DNA of 64,000 bases from a bacterium (lineage in GTDB: Bacteria; Bacillota_I; Bacilli_A; Izemoplasmatales; UBA1188): the NCBI GenBank assembly GCA_017960565.1, contig JAGCYY010000006.1, positions 36,675 through 100,674 of the forward strand, given 5' to 3'. The notes beneath the pieces were generated by a model. That model searched no databases. It had not been told where the DNA came from and worked only from the letters and a program-made list of their open reading frames with translations. Shown in pieces: positions 1 to 9,697 of the stretch (position 1 is its first letter; each line of letters opens with the position of its first letter). The position numbers and the translations under genes were made by a program.

Positions 1-3000
1 GAAGTAGCTTCAAGTCCTGTTAAGTTTGCAGAGCCAAGATACTTGAGACCGTTTCCGAATGTTACAGATGTTAGGCTAGTACAGTTAGCGAATGCTCCAT
101 CACAGAGACGAGTTAGGCTTTGAGGGAGTGTAACTTGAGTTAATCCAGTTCCACTGAATGCATAAGCACCAATGCTCTTTAAGCCTTCAGCAAATGTGAA
201 TGAAGTGAGGCTTGAACAGTTATAGAATGCATAACCATCAATTTGAGTGAGTGGAGATGCGAATGTTATTGTTGTGAGTGATGTACAGCCATCAAACATA
301 TGCTTACTGCTGATACTTGAAGCATTGTATGTTACAGTTGTTAAGTTCACGCAGTTTGCAAATACATAACCTTTATTGTTCATTTGATATGTATCAGTTC
401 CATCATAGAATGATCCAATTGTTGTAACTGTTTCAGGAATAACGATTGCTGTTAAACCAGTGCCTTCGAATGCAAAGTTACCAATTGAAGTTACTGTTTC
501 AGGAATTGTGAATGATGTGAGTGAAGTACAGCCTTGGAATGCATAATCACCAATTGAAGTGATGTTAGATCCCATATTAACTGTTTCAAGTGAAGTACAT
601 CCTTGGAATAGATAACCACCAATTGTAGTAACCCCTTCAGGAAGAGTGATTGATTTTAGGTTAGTACATCCTTGGAATGCATATGAATCAATGTTAGTTA
701 TTGTTGATGGTAATACGATTGATTCAACATTAACACCTTCAAATGCGAATGATGCGATTGAAGTTACTCCTTCTGGAATAATTATTGTACCACCCTTATA
801 TCCAGAGAATGCTCTAGATGGGATAGTAGTTAATGATGCAGGAAGAGTGATTGATGTTACATTTTCACAACCAGAGAATGCATATTGTTCAATTTGATAT
901 CCATCAGGAATTACGATATCACCGCTAGCATTTACAACACCAACAATCTTAGGAGTAGCCATTGGTAATATTTGTTTACTTTGCCAGTCATTGATTCTTA
1001 CAATGAACATGTTATCAACTAATACATATCTATCATTTTGTTCATCAATTGTTAGAACTAGGTTAGGACAATTGTTGAATGCTGCATAGTCGATACCATA
1101 TGAAGTAGCTTGAGGTGTAGTATTGTTGATATTGTATTTAGCTACACTGCTTGGTAAATGTAATGTTCTTAAACCACTGCCATAGAATGAACGGTTACCG
1201 AAGTTAAATACTTTTCCAGATGGTAAGAATGGAAGAGTGATTTCTTCAAGGCTTGTACAGTTCATGAATGATGTTGCAGCGAATGTGAAAGCATTTGTTG
1301 AAACTGAGCTTGGGAATGTAGCAGGTAACAATACTGTAGTTAGATTTGTACAACCATTAAATGCATCAGAACCAATTTGATATAGTCTAGTTGAACTGAA
1401 GTCAATTGTAGTGAGTGATGTACAGTTCATAAATACACCATTACCAGTCATTAATGTATTTGTTGGGATAGTTAGAGATGTAAGTGATGAACATCCATTG
1501 AATGTTTCATATCCAAGAGAACCACTTGTGTTTCCTTTGAAACCATTAACTGTTTCAAGACTTGAGCAACCTTTAAATAAGTAGTTACCAAGAGATGATA
1601 ATGCAGCTTCTTGAGTGAATGTTACAGTTTTAAGACCAGTACAATTTTCAAATGAACTTGCAAGTACACGTTGTAATTTAGAAGGAAGAGTTACTTCTTC
1701 TAATGATGTACATCCGAAGAATGAGTTAGTACCAATGCCAGTAATATCATCACTGAATTCTACAGTTTCAAGACTTGTACAGCCATAGAATGCAAAGCTT
1801 ACAGTGTTTGTTCCAAATGTAGTTGTATGAGTACCACCAATTCTAATTACAGATTCAGGCATTGAAATAGATTTGAGACTTGTACAATTGTAGAACATAT
1901 ATTGTGGAACATATATACCTGTATTTGATAATGTGCAAGATTCTAATGATGTACAGCTATCAAATATATGTTCACCTAAATTTTGAACACTATCAGGAAT
2001 TGTGAATGTAGTTAGAGATGTACAATTTCTGAATGCATATGATCCAATAGTGAGTAAGCCAGTTGCTCCTTCTGCGCCTGTTTCAAAATTAACTGTTGCA
2101 AGTTTTGTACAGCCATCGAATACATAACCAGCTGGATTATTTACATCGTTAGCTGTAGTTGCAGTTCCACCTAAACGCGTTACAGAATAAGGAATTGTGA
2201 TAGTTTCTAAGTTTACACAATTCTTGAACATACCTTCGCCAAGATATGTAGTACCATTAGCGATAGTTACACTTGTTAAAGCTTTGTTGTTAGCGAACAT
2301 GTTAGGGCCGCAAGTTGAGCCTTCAGCAAGTGCTACTGTTGTTAGATATGGGTTGAATGCAAATACATAATTTCCAAATGTAGTGATAGTTCTAGGAACT
2401 GTTACAGTTCTAAATCCAGCATTTGCGAATGCATAATCACCAACAGTTGTAACATTAGCTGTTATAGGGAGAGTTGTCATTGCTAGACAGCCGGCAAATG
2501 CATAATTACCGATAGACGTTACTGAGTTAGGTAGATTGATAGTAGTTAGACTCTTACAATCTTTGAATAAGTAATTATTAATTGTGCTTAAAGTTGATCC
2601 AGATGCAAATTCAACAGTTTGAAGATTGATACAATCTTTGAATGCATATTCGCCGATTTCAACTACTGTATTTGGAATTATAACTTTAGTCATTTCTGTT
2701 TGGCCAGCAAATGCATATGAAGAGATTTGAGTAATTCCATCTGGAATATTGAATGTACCAGTAAGTTTACCATATACATTTCTAATTGCAGTACCATCAA
2801 GATTTAAAATGATAGGGTTAGTTGCATCAACTTTTAAGTTAGGGTTGCCGGAAGCAACTGTAACTGTTGTTAAAACTGGGCAGTTAACGAGCATGCAATC
2901 GATAGAAATAACAGATGATGAGAGTTGTAATGTAGTAAGTTTCTTACAACCTTCGAATAAGTAGCTTGGAGCGCTTATGAATTGGCTGCTTCCGCCGCCA

Positions 3001-6000
3001 CCTTGGCTGCCTCCACCTTCGCCGCCTTCTTCCTCTTCACCATTACGGGTTTTTAATTCCATGCCGCATTCAGGACATTTTTCTTGGCCTTCTTTTACGG
3101 TAGCACCGCACTTAGGGCATTTAAGTCCTTCTTCTTCAAAGTGTAATTCATTACCACATTCTGGACATTTTTTGTCATCTTTAGTTACGGTTGCATCACA
3201 CTTAGGACAATGTAGTTCTTCTGTTGAACCACCGCCACCATTAGCTACTAAAGTTACATTACCGCCAAGAGCGATGTTGATGCTAGCGCCTTCAGTATCA
3301 ACTGATTCAGGGAAAGTGAATGAAGTGATTGCTGTATTAGCGAATGCTCTAGTACCAATTTGAGCTAAGTTAGATTTACCAGAACCGTTTAAAGCGAATG
3401 TTACCGTTGCGAGATCAGTACAGTTATAGAATGCTTCTTGACCGATTTGATAAATAGTAGCAGGGAATGTTATAGAAGTTACACCAGTGTTCTTAAATGC
3501 ATAAGCACCAACACCTTGGAGTGTAGCACCATTTGCAATAGTAACTGTTGTTAAAGCTGTATCGTTTGAGAATGCATATTCTCTAACGAATATTAAGCTT
3601 GTAGGTAGACTAACCGATGTTAAGAGTTGGTCACTATAGAATGCATATTTACCAATTTCAGTTACGCCTGCAGGAACTACTACATTAGTGAGTGAAGTGT
3701 ACTTGAATGCACCATCACCAATTGCATATTGTCCACCAGGGAGGTTGATTGATTGTAACTTAGTTGGATTATAAGATGATTTACCTCTAAATGCACCTTG
3801 ACCGATGTTTTCGAGTGTTGTGCCATTAGCGAATGTTACAGTTTCTAAGTTTTGACATGCAACAAATGCCCAGTCACCAATAGTCTTTAATGTTGAAGGG
3901 AATGAAACTCTTCTTAATCCCATCATACCGCCGAATGAAGCAACACCGATAGAAGTTGTCTTTTCAGGAAGAACTAATTCTTCGATTAAATTACATCCTG
4001 CGAAGATAGAGATAGGATCCATTGCTCCTTCTTCTTCACTTGAATCACCAGAAGCTTCAGATCTTCCTTTATAATCACCATCTTCGAATACAAGGTTGCT
4101 TGTTCTATCGCCTTCAAAGTTAACAGCTGTTAAACCTGTACATTGAGTGAATGCTGAACTCTTGATTGAAGTAACTGATTTAGGAATAGTGATAGAAGCT
4201 AATGATCTACAGTTAGAGAATGTATAGCTTTCGATTGTTTGAATAACACTTGGGAGTGAAATTGAAGTTAAACCCGAAGCATCTCTAAATGCATATTGTT
4301 TAATTTCGAGTGATGTAACACCATCAGCGAATGAAATACTTGTTACACCTTTTTGTTTATTGAATGCATTGTATTCAATTACTTTTACTGTGTTTGGAAG
4401 TACTAATGCGCCAGTCTTTGCGATTGGACATACATCAACCTTGATGAAACCTGTGTTATTTTCACCATCGAAAATATATTCACATAATACACCGTCACTT
4501 GATAAATATTTAGCGTTTTGTGCTGAAACGTTGATAGCTGTTAAGCTTGTACAATCTTCAAATGCTACGATTGTATCAAAATTGATTCTATTTCTACCAA
4601 TTGTGATTGTTGCAGTTTCAGTTGTGAATTCAGCATTTTTACCAATATTTATAGTATTTAATGATGTACATTTTTCGAATGCTCTATTTCCAATTGTTGT
4701 AACTCTATCAGGAAGAGTTATAGTAGGAATGTTCTTACATCCAGCAAATGCATAATCGCCAAGTGTTAATGGGCTTGTTCCACCATCAACGAATGTAATT
4801 GTTTCGAGGTTAGGACAATTGAAGAATGCATAAGCACCGATTGTTGTAACAGTGTTTGGAATTGTGATTGAAGGCATCTTCTTTTCTTCGAATACTCTAT
4901 CACCGATTGTTGTGATGGTTGCTGGAAGAGTGAATGCGCCTGTGAATTGTGTTGGATAATAAAGGATTGCTGTTACTTGTGAGTTGTATAATACACCATC
5001 GATAACTGTGAAGTATTCGTTACCATTTTCAACTTCTACAACTTCAAGTCTTGTTGCACCAAATACACCAGCTACATTGAATGTATGAACATCTTTGCTC
5101 ATCCATAAATGAGTGATATAGAATGCAGGGTTAGAACTTACGTTAGAACCGAATGCACCAGATGCAAATTCTAGATTTTCATCAACACTATTAAGTCTTA
5201 CTGATGAAATTGCAACCATATTACCGAATGCAGATTTACCAAGAGTCTTTAAGTTAGCAGGAAGAACGAGCTCTGTGAATGTTGTAGAGAAGTTACCTGC
5301 ATTATAGAATGCTTCTACACCGATTGATAATCTTGGATCTGTTGCAGTTCCTTGGAAGTTGATAGCACTAAGTCTACTACAAGTCTTGAATGCATAGTCT
5401 TCAATAGTTGTAACATGTCCAGGGATTGTAATGCTCTTTAGGTATCTTGCTTCTTGGAATGCTTTAGTAGCAACTGTTGTAACACCTGTTGGAATTACAA
5501 AGTCATCATCACGAGCACGTGGGAAGTAAATAAGTTTAGTTCCATCAGCGCTATATACAACACCATCAACTGATTTAAATTTAGCACCTTCGAATTCACC
5601 AATAAAGTTAACTTGCATTAAAGCAGTGAGTGAAGGGAGTGTATCAGCTGAGAATTGATCAACTCTCTTAGGGAAGTTGATTTCTGTAATTAAACTATTT
5701 TGTCCAAAGATGTTAGCACCAAGGTTAAGAGCTTTTTCAGTTTGGCCTTCAGCAGCTAACAAGAATTCAACAGTTTCAATGTTATATGCACCAACAAATG
5801 CAGCTTCATTGATAGTTGTTACAGATGCTGGAATAACAACACCAGTAATACCTGTACATCCTTGGAATGTATTGATTGGAATTGAAGTTACTGTGTTTGG
5901 AATAGTATAAACACCTTTTGTTGTTCCATAAGGAACCCATCTTAAATCAACTTCAGTTGTATCAGCGTTTTTAAATACTAGTGAGCCGTTAAATGATGAA

Positions 6001-8756
6001 TATTTAACATCTTCTTCATTTACACCATCTACTGAGTAGATATATACACCTTCTAGATTACTACAGCCTTTGAATGCTGAACCGATTCCGTTAGGACCAT
6101 CATTACCTGTTTCAATATTTGAGATAGAATTAGGGATATTGATCTTAACTAGATTTTCATAATCTTTGAATGCATAGCTTTCTACAGTTTCTACAGGTTT
6201 TCCATTATATGTACTTGGAATAGTTACTTCATCTAGATATAAAGCACCTTCACTAGCTGATACAGCATAAGCTGTTTCATTACCATTTAATGCGAACTTG
6301 AATACATCAACCCAACCTGCATATAAAGTTACAGTATCAGTAGCGTCTCTCCAATTGAATCTTGAAGCACCAGTTTGATCTGTATATCTAATACCTTGGC
6401 CATTGATTTCTGAATACCAACCATAGAATGCTTTTAATGGTGAATTAGATTTTGGAACTGGAAGATTGAAAGAAGTACCAAATACTACTGATTGACTTCC
6501 ATCACCTTGTACACCAAGATCTGTATAATTTAAAGCTACATCATAAGTGTTTGCATCCCATCCAGCATATACTGTGATATCACCAGCAGATGTGAATGTT
6601 GTAGCATTGAATTTTTGTCCATCACTAGCTGCAGCTTCAGCACTTTGATACCAACCTCTGAATGTATAACCATTGTATTGTGGAGATGCAAATTGTGGAA
6701 CTTCATCACCAACTACGAAATAGCTAGGTTCAACTTCTGCATCACTATTTGTGGTATTGAATGTCACTGTGTAAACATCAACTTGATATGAGAAATAGTC
6801 GCTTGCACTTGGAGTTTGTGTTCCATAAACTGGAGCTACATAGATTGTGTGTCTACCACCAACGATTACTTTATCAAGTTTATTAGTGTTAGTTACAGTT
6901 TCAGCTTGACCATCGTCAACTTTTACAGAATATTTAGCTGTGCCAATTACTGTATTCCAAGTGATAGTACCGTTAGCATAAGAAATTTGTGTAATACCAT
7001 CTTTTCTAATAGTTACTGCTTCAGATTCAAGTGAGTTGTTTGAAGCATCAGCTGCAACCGCAATTACAGATACGCTGATTTCATCAGCATCAGCAATTTC
7101 TGAACCAGATAATGTATATTTGTTAGTTGTAGCATTATAAGTTTGACCATTAATCTTTACTATATAGCTTGTTGCACCTGGAACTTGATCCCATGTGATA
7201 TCACTATCATATGCTGCAATGTTCTTTGGTGTAGCAAGATCAGTTTTATTTAATGCGCCAGTCTTAGCTTCTGAATAATAACCAACTTTAACAGGAGTTA
7301 CTGAATATTCAAAATTACCATAGAAATTATCAATAACAAGTTCTGTTGTTCTTACGTTGAATGTTTGTGGATTTCCATCCGCAACAGTAATAACTACTTG
7401 ATATGATTCCGCATCTGTAACTGCGTCCCAAGTTAGCTTTTGTCCATCAGATACATAATTAACTGCGCTGATTGCTGCTAAAGCTCTTGTAACATTATAA
7501 ACTTTAGAAGAACTGCTTGCGTAGTTGTTTGCACTTGCTGTTACAGTAAAGTTGATACCATCTTTAGCCATTTCAACATTTGAGAAATCATATGAGTTTT
7601 CATCTCCTAGAGGAACTTCAACTGGTGTTCCACCATTGTCGATTGTTAACTTATAATCTGTTGCATTTTGAACTCTATTCCATGTTAGAACAAATCCTTC
7701 AACGCTGAATTTAGATACTTTTTCAAGACCTTTGTTTACGAAATAAGCTCTACCAACGTTGTTTCCGCTTGAAACTTCTACAACATAGTTACCAGGTAAT
7801 TCGTTAGCGAAGTTATAAGTATCGCTAGTTGTTGAAACGTTCTTTGTGTAGAATGGAGAAGTATCGCCTTCTTTTGTGATGCTAACTGTGTAAGATTTAC
7901 CAACACCTTTAGAATCCCATTCAATCTTGTTTCCTACAACTGATACTAATGGAGTTTCACTTGTAAATACAGCATATAGAACTGTATCTTGAGTTAATTC
8001 CATTCCAGCTTCGAATTTGTAAGTAAGTTTGCTAGAATCTTCATAATCTGATACCCACCAACCAGCAAATGTTTTGCCTGCTGCTTCTACTACTGGGAGG
8101 TTATACATTGTTTTATGGAATGTATAAGTGTCTTCTACTGTCACACCAGCAACACCAGTAACAAATTGAACTACAAATTCATCGTCAGTTGATGTTTCTG
8201 TTCCATAGTTTGCGTATAGTATTGTATCAGCAGTGATTATTTCTTGATTGAAATCAAACACCTTAGTAAATGAACTGTCCTTGTACCAACCGATGAATTT
8301 ATATCCGGCTTTAGTTGGGTCAGCAGGTTTAGTGGCTTTTTGACCATTTTGAACTTGTTGACTTTGAACAGTTGAACCACCATTTGTATTGAAACTAACA
8401 GTGTAATTCACTTTTCTATATAAGGTATATGTTTCGCCTTTATAAGTAAATGAAACTTGATTAACACCAAAATTTACACTTACATTGCTTGTATCACCCT
8501 CGAATGTTAATACAAGATTGCTGCCATCAAAAGAATAGACACCTGTCAAGGTTTCACTTCCAACTGTGAGAGTGAAGGAATTTTCGTCTAGACTAAGTGA
8601 TGCAGTTTGAGAAAGCGCACTAGAAAAGTACTCCCCTACTTCACCTTGATCAACAAATAGAGTGGTCTTTTTCTTACACCCAGCTAATAATAAGATGAGT
8701 GATAAAGACAAAACTACAAGACTGCTTAAAAAGATACTCTTAAATGTTTTCTTCAT
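1..8756 (-). CDS. Giant surface lipoprotein, partial (at least 2918 aa; 3' end beyond window): lipobox signal peptide, Listeria-Bacteroides (Flg_new) repeats, Fn3-like modules, long BspA-type LRR_5 array
   Basis: ATG at 8756 with GGAG RBS (revcomp of 8763-8766) 6 nt upstream. Hand translation gives MKKTFKSIFLSSLVVLSLSLILLLAGCKKK (lipobox LLAGC). The frame at 3239 is in phase with 8756 (difference 5517 = 3x1839). Flg_new-like YTVSFNTNGG...GYKFIGWY lies near 8400. W..V.gA.sY Fn3-like modules lie at about 8000-7000. Dozens of AF.gC.sLtsi.iP..vt.Ig repeats run from about 6230 to 1. No complete minus-strand ORF is listed in the track here, consistent with one ORF that is open to the window edge. 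Confidence 0.85.
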   Translation of the reverse strand, partial: MKKTFKSIFLSSLVVLSLSLILLLAGCKKKTTLFVDQGEVGEYFSSALSQTASLSLDENSFTLTVGSETLTGVYSFDGSNLVLTFEGDTSNVSVNFGVNQVSFTYKGETYTLYRKVNYTVSFNTNGGSTVQSQQVQNGQKATKPADPTKAGYKFIGWYKDSSFTKVFDFNQEIITADTILYANYGTETSTDDEFVVQFVTGVAGVTVEDTYTFHKTMYNLPVVEAAGKTFAGWWVSDYEDSSKLTYKFEAGMELTQDTVLYAVFTSETPLVSVVGNKIEWDSKGVGKSYTVSITKEGDTSPFYTKNVSTTSDTYNFANELPGNYVVEVSSGNNVGRAYFVNKGLEKVSKFSVEGFVLTWNRVQNATDYKLTIDNGGTPVEVPLGDENSYDFSNVEMAKDGINFTVTASANNYASSSSKVYNVTRALAAISAVNYVSDGQKLTWDAVTDAESYQVVITVADGNPQTFNVRTTELVIDNFYGNFEYSVTPVKVGYYSEAKTGALNKTDLATPKNIAAYDSDITWDQVPGATSYIVKINGQTYNATTNKYTLSGSEIADADEISVSVIAVAADASNNSLESEAVTIRKDGITQISYANGTITWNTVIGTAKYSVKVDDGQAETVTNTNKLDKVIVGGRHTIYVAPVYGTQTPSASDYFSYQVDVYTVTFNTTNSDAEVEPSYFVVGDEVPQFASPQYNGYTFRGWYQSAEAAASDGQKFNATTFTSAGDITVYAGWDANTYDVALNYTDLGVQGDGSQSVVFGTSFNLPVPKSNSPLKAFYGWYSEINGQGIRYTDQTGASRFNWRDATDTVTLYAGWVDVFKFALNGNETAYAVSASEGALYLDEVTIPSTYNGKPVETVESYAFKDYENLVKINIPNSISNIETGNDGPNGIGSAFKGCSNLEGVYIYSVDGVNEEDVKYSSFNGSLVFKNADTTEVDLRWVPYGTTKGVYTIPNTVTSIPINTFQGCTGITGVVIPASVTTINEAAFVGAYNIETVEFLLAAEGQTEKALNLGANIFGQNSLITEINFPKRVDQFSADTLPSLTALMQVNFIGEFEGAKFKSVDGVVYSADGTKLIYFPRARDDDFVIPTGVTTVATKAFQEARYLKSITIPGHVTTIEDYAFKTCSRLSAINFQGTATDPRLSIGVEAFYNAGNFSTTFTELVLPANLKTLGKSAFGNMVAISSVRLNSVDENLEFASGAFGSNVSSNPAFYITHLWMSKDVHTFNVAGVFGATRLEVVEVENGNEYFTVIDGVLYNSQVTAILYYPTQFTGAFTLPATITTIGDRVFEEKKMPSITIPNTVTTIGAYAFFNCPNLETITFVDGGTSPLTLGDYAFAGCKNIPTITLPDRVTTIGNRAFEKCTSLNTINIGKNAEFTTETATITIGRNRINFDTIVAFEDCTSLTAINVSAQNAKYLSSDGVLCEYIFDGENNTGFIKVDVCPIAKTGALVLPNTVKVIEYNAFNKQKGVTSISFADGVTSLEIKQYAFRDASGLTSISLPSVIQTIESYTFSNCRSLASITIPKSVTSIKSSAFTQCTGLTAVNFEGDRTSNLVFEDGDYKGRSEASGDSSEEEGAMDPISIFAGCNLIEELVLPEKTTSIGVASFGGMMGLRRVSFPSTLKTIGDWAFVACQNLETVTFANGTTLENIGQGAFRGKSSYNPTKLQSINLPGGQYAIGDGAFKYTSLTNVVVPAGVTEIGKYAFYSDQLLTSVSLPTSLIFVREYAFSNDTALTTVTIANGATLQGVGAYAFKNTGVTSITFPATIYQIGQEAFYNCTDLATVTFALNGSGKSNLAQIGTRAFANTAITSFTFPESVDTEGASINIALGGNVTLVANGGGGSTEELHCPKCDATVTKDDKKCPECGNELHFEEEGLKCPKCGATVKEGQEKCPECGMELKTRNGEEEEGGEGGGSQGGGGSSQFISAPSYLFEGCKKLTTLQLSSSVISIDCMLVNCPVLTTVTVASGNPNLKVDATNPIILNLDGTAIRNVYGKLTGTFNIPDGITQISSYAFAGQTEMTKVIIPNTVVEIGEYAFKDCINLQTVEFASGSTLSTINNYLFKDCKSLTTINLPNSVTSIGNYAFAGCLAMTTLPITANVTTVGDYAFANAGFRTVTVPRTITTFGNYVFAFNPYLTTVALAEGSTCGPNMFANNKALTSVTIANGTTYLGEGMFKNCVNLETITIPYSVTRLGGTATTANDVNNPAGYVFDGCTKLATVNFETGAEGATGLLTIGSYAFRNCTSLTTFTIPDSVQNLGEHIFDSCTSLESCTLSNTGIYVPQYMFYNCTSLKSISMPESVIRIGGTHTTTFGTNTVSFAFYGCTSLETVEFSDDITGIGTNSFFGCTSLEEVTLPSKLQRVLASSFENCTGLKTVTFTQEAALSSLGNYLFKGCSSLETVNGFKGNTSGSLGYETFNGCSSLTSLTIPTNTLMTGNGVFMNCTSLTTIDFSSTRLYQIGSDAFNGCTNLTTVLLPATFPSSVSTNAFTFAATSFMNCTSLEEITLPFLPSGKVFNFGNRSFYGSGLRTLHLPSSVAKYNINNTTPQATSYGIDYAAFNNCPNLVLTIDEQNDRYVLVDNMFIVRINDWQSKQILPMATPKIVGVVNASGDIVIPDGYQIEQYAFSGCENVTSITLPASLTTIPSRAFSGYKGGTIIIPEGVTSIASFAFEGVNVESIVLPSTITNIDSYAFQGCTNLKSITLPEGVTTIGGYLFQGCTSLETVNMGSNITSIGDYAFQGCTSLTSFTIPETVTSIGNFAFEGTGLTAIVIPETVTTIGSFYDGTDTYQMNNKGYVFANCVNLTTVTYNASSISSKHMFDGCTSLTTITFASPLTQIDGYAFYNCSSLTSFTFAEGLKSIGAYAFSGTGLTQVTLPQSLTRLCDGAFANCTSLTSVTFGNGLKYLGSANLTGLEAT
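2983..3241 (-). other. Embedded double zinc-ribbon module (2 x CxxC-X10-CxxC) flanked by Gly/Glu/Ser linkers, inside the giant LRR protein
   Basis: Hand translation of revcomp 3241-2983: GGGGSTEELHCPKCDATVTKDDKKCPECGNELHFEEEGLKCPKCGATVKEGQEKCPECGMELKTRNGEEEEGGEGGGSQGGGGSS. Locally GC-rich, which also produces the spurious Pro-rich plus-strand ORF 2977-3363. Confidence 0.8.
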
Positions 8757-8988
8757 ATTTGTCTCCTTTTTTTCTTCCGTAAATACTAAATCCTTGTTAT
8801 ATTATATTTTAATATAATAGGGGCATCCACGAATAATTTTTTATAACAATATACTATACATTGCTTTAAAAATAAATAGGAAAATTAAAAAAAACAAATT
8901 TTTTTATCTTTTTGACGTTTTCTTTTTAATTTTTTTTCAATAATATTGTAATTTTTGCACATTATGAATTATTATGTGAAAAAAATAA

Positions 8989-9021
8989 GAGTTGAATAAA
9001 TCAACTCCTATAATTTTTTTT
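8989..9021 (-). terminator. Rho-independent terminator downstream of the 9043-9690 gene
   Basis: Hairpin GAGTTGA-ataaa-TCAACTC (8989-9007), flanked by an A-run (8979-8985) and a T-run (9011-9021), so both strands read stem plus U-tract. Confidence 0.6.
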
Positions 9022-9042
9022 GAAAATCTTTTATTTAAATTG

Positions 9043-9690
9043 CTAGTATTTAACTATTTTGTATTTAAACAGTTTGTGTAGTTTTGCAAGGCCAAAGCTA
9101 AGTGCTAAGGTTAGTATAATCATCACAATAAGTGATACAAATTCAAGTCCATTAGTATCAAAACCATAGAAATCAGGCCATTCACCTCTAAACTTTACCA
9201 TTGTTAAATAGACAATGCCATAAATTAATACTGATAAGCCGCCAAATAAAAATTCTTTTGGTTTAATTTCTTCTTGAGTTTCAATTAAAAAAGAGATGAG
9301 CGCAAAAAGCGGGCAGATAAGATGAAGATAAAAACTAACACCTGAAAATAATAAAAGAAATGGATAAAAATTCCATAAAAACAATAATACTGTAAGAAGA
9401 GTTACCATCACCGCAACTGTCCCAATGAATTTTAAAATGATGAATATACGTGGTATTTTGTTTTTATCATATATGACATTTATTATTTCAAAAATCATGA
9501 TAGGAATGGATACAAGCGCCACTAATATATTAGAATCAATTGTAAAATATCTAAAACAAGTAACACCATATACTTCCATGTTTCCTGTTCCACCAGATAT
9601 GAAAAATGAAACAACTGACATGGCAACTAAAACTATAGTTAAAACATTTAACACAAAGGCAATGAAATTTAAAGAACGTGTTCTAGCCAT
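9043..9690 (-). CDS. Polytopic membrane protein, Pr6Pr/FAR-17a-like
   Basis: 215 aa with about 6 hydrophobic helices. The FRYFTIDSNILVAL motif resembles the YFT.qSN signature of Pr6Pr-family proteins. Starts 7 nt after the galE stop. Confidence 0.5.
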   Translation of the reverse strand: MARTRSLNFIAFVLNVLTIVLVAMSVVSFFISGGTGNMEVYGVTCFRYFTIDSNILVALVSIPIMIFEIINVIYDKNKIPRIFIILKFIGTVAVMVTLLTVLLFLWNFYPFLLLFSGVSFYLHLICPLFALISFLIETQEEIKPKEFLFGGLSVLIYGIVYLTMVKFRGEWPDFYGFDTNGLEFVSLIVMIILTLALSFGLAKLHKLFKYKIVKY

Positions 9691-9697
9691 AATAACC

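Noticed and set aside
2977-3363. Plus-strand ORF encoding a Pro/Ser-rich 128-aa protein
   Set aside because: It is the antisense reading of the Gly/Glu/Cys-rich zinc-ribbon segment of the giant minus-strand gene. It has no RBS and a low-complexity product.
646-7034. Other short plus-strand ORFs in the first 8.7 kb (646-897, 2749-2964, 4360-4755, 5677-5910, 6816-7034)
   Set aside because: All lie antisense within one continuous minus-strand ORF with strong repeat-protein signatures. Their products are hydrophobic or low-complexity with no start signals.
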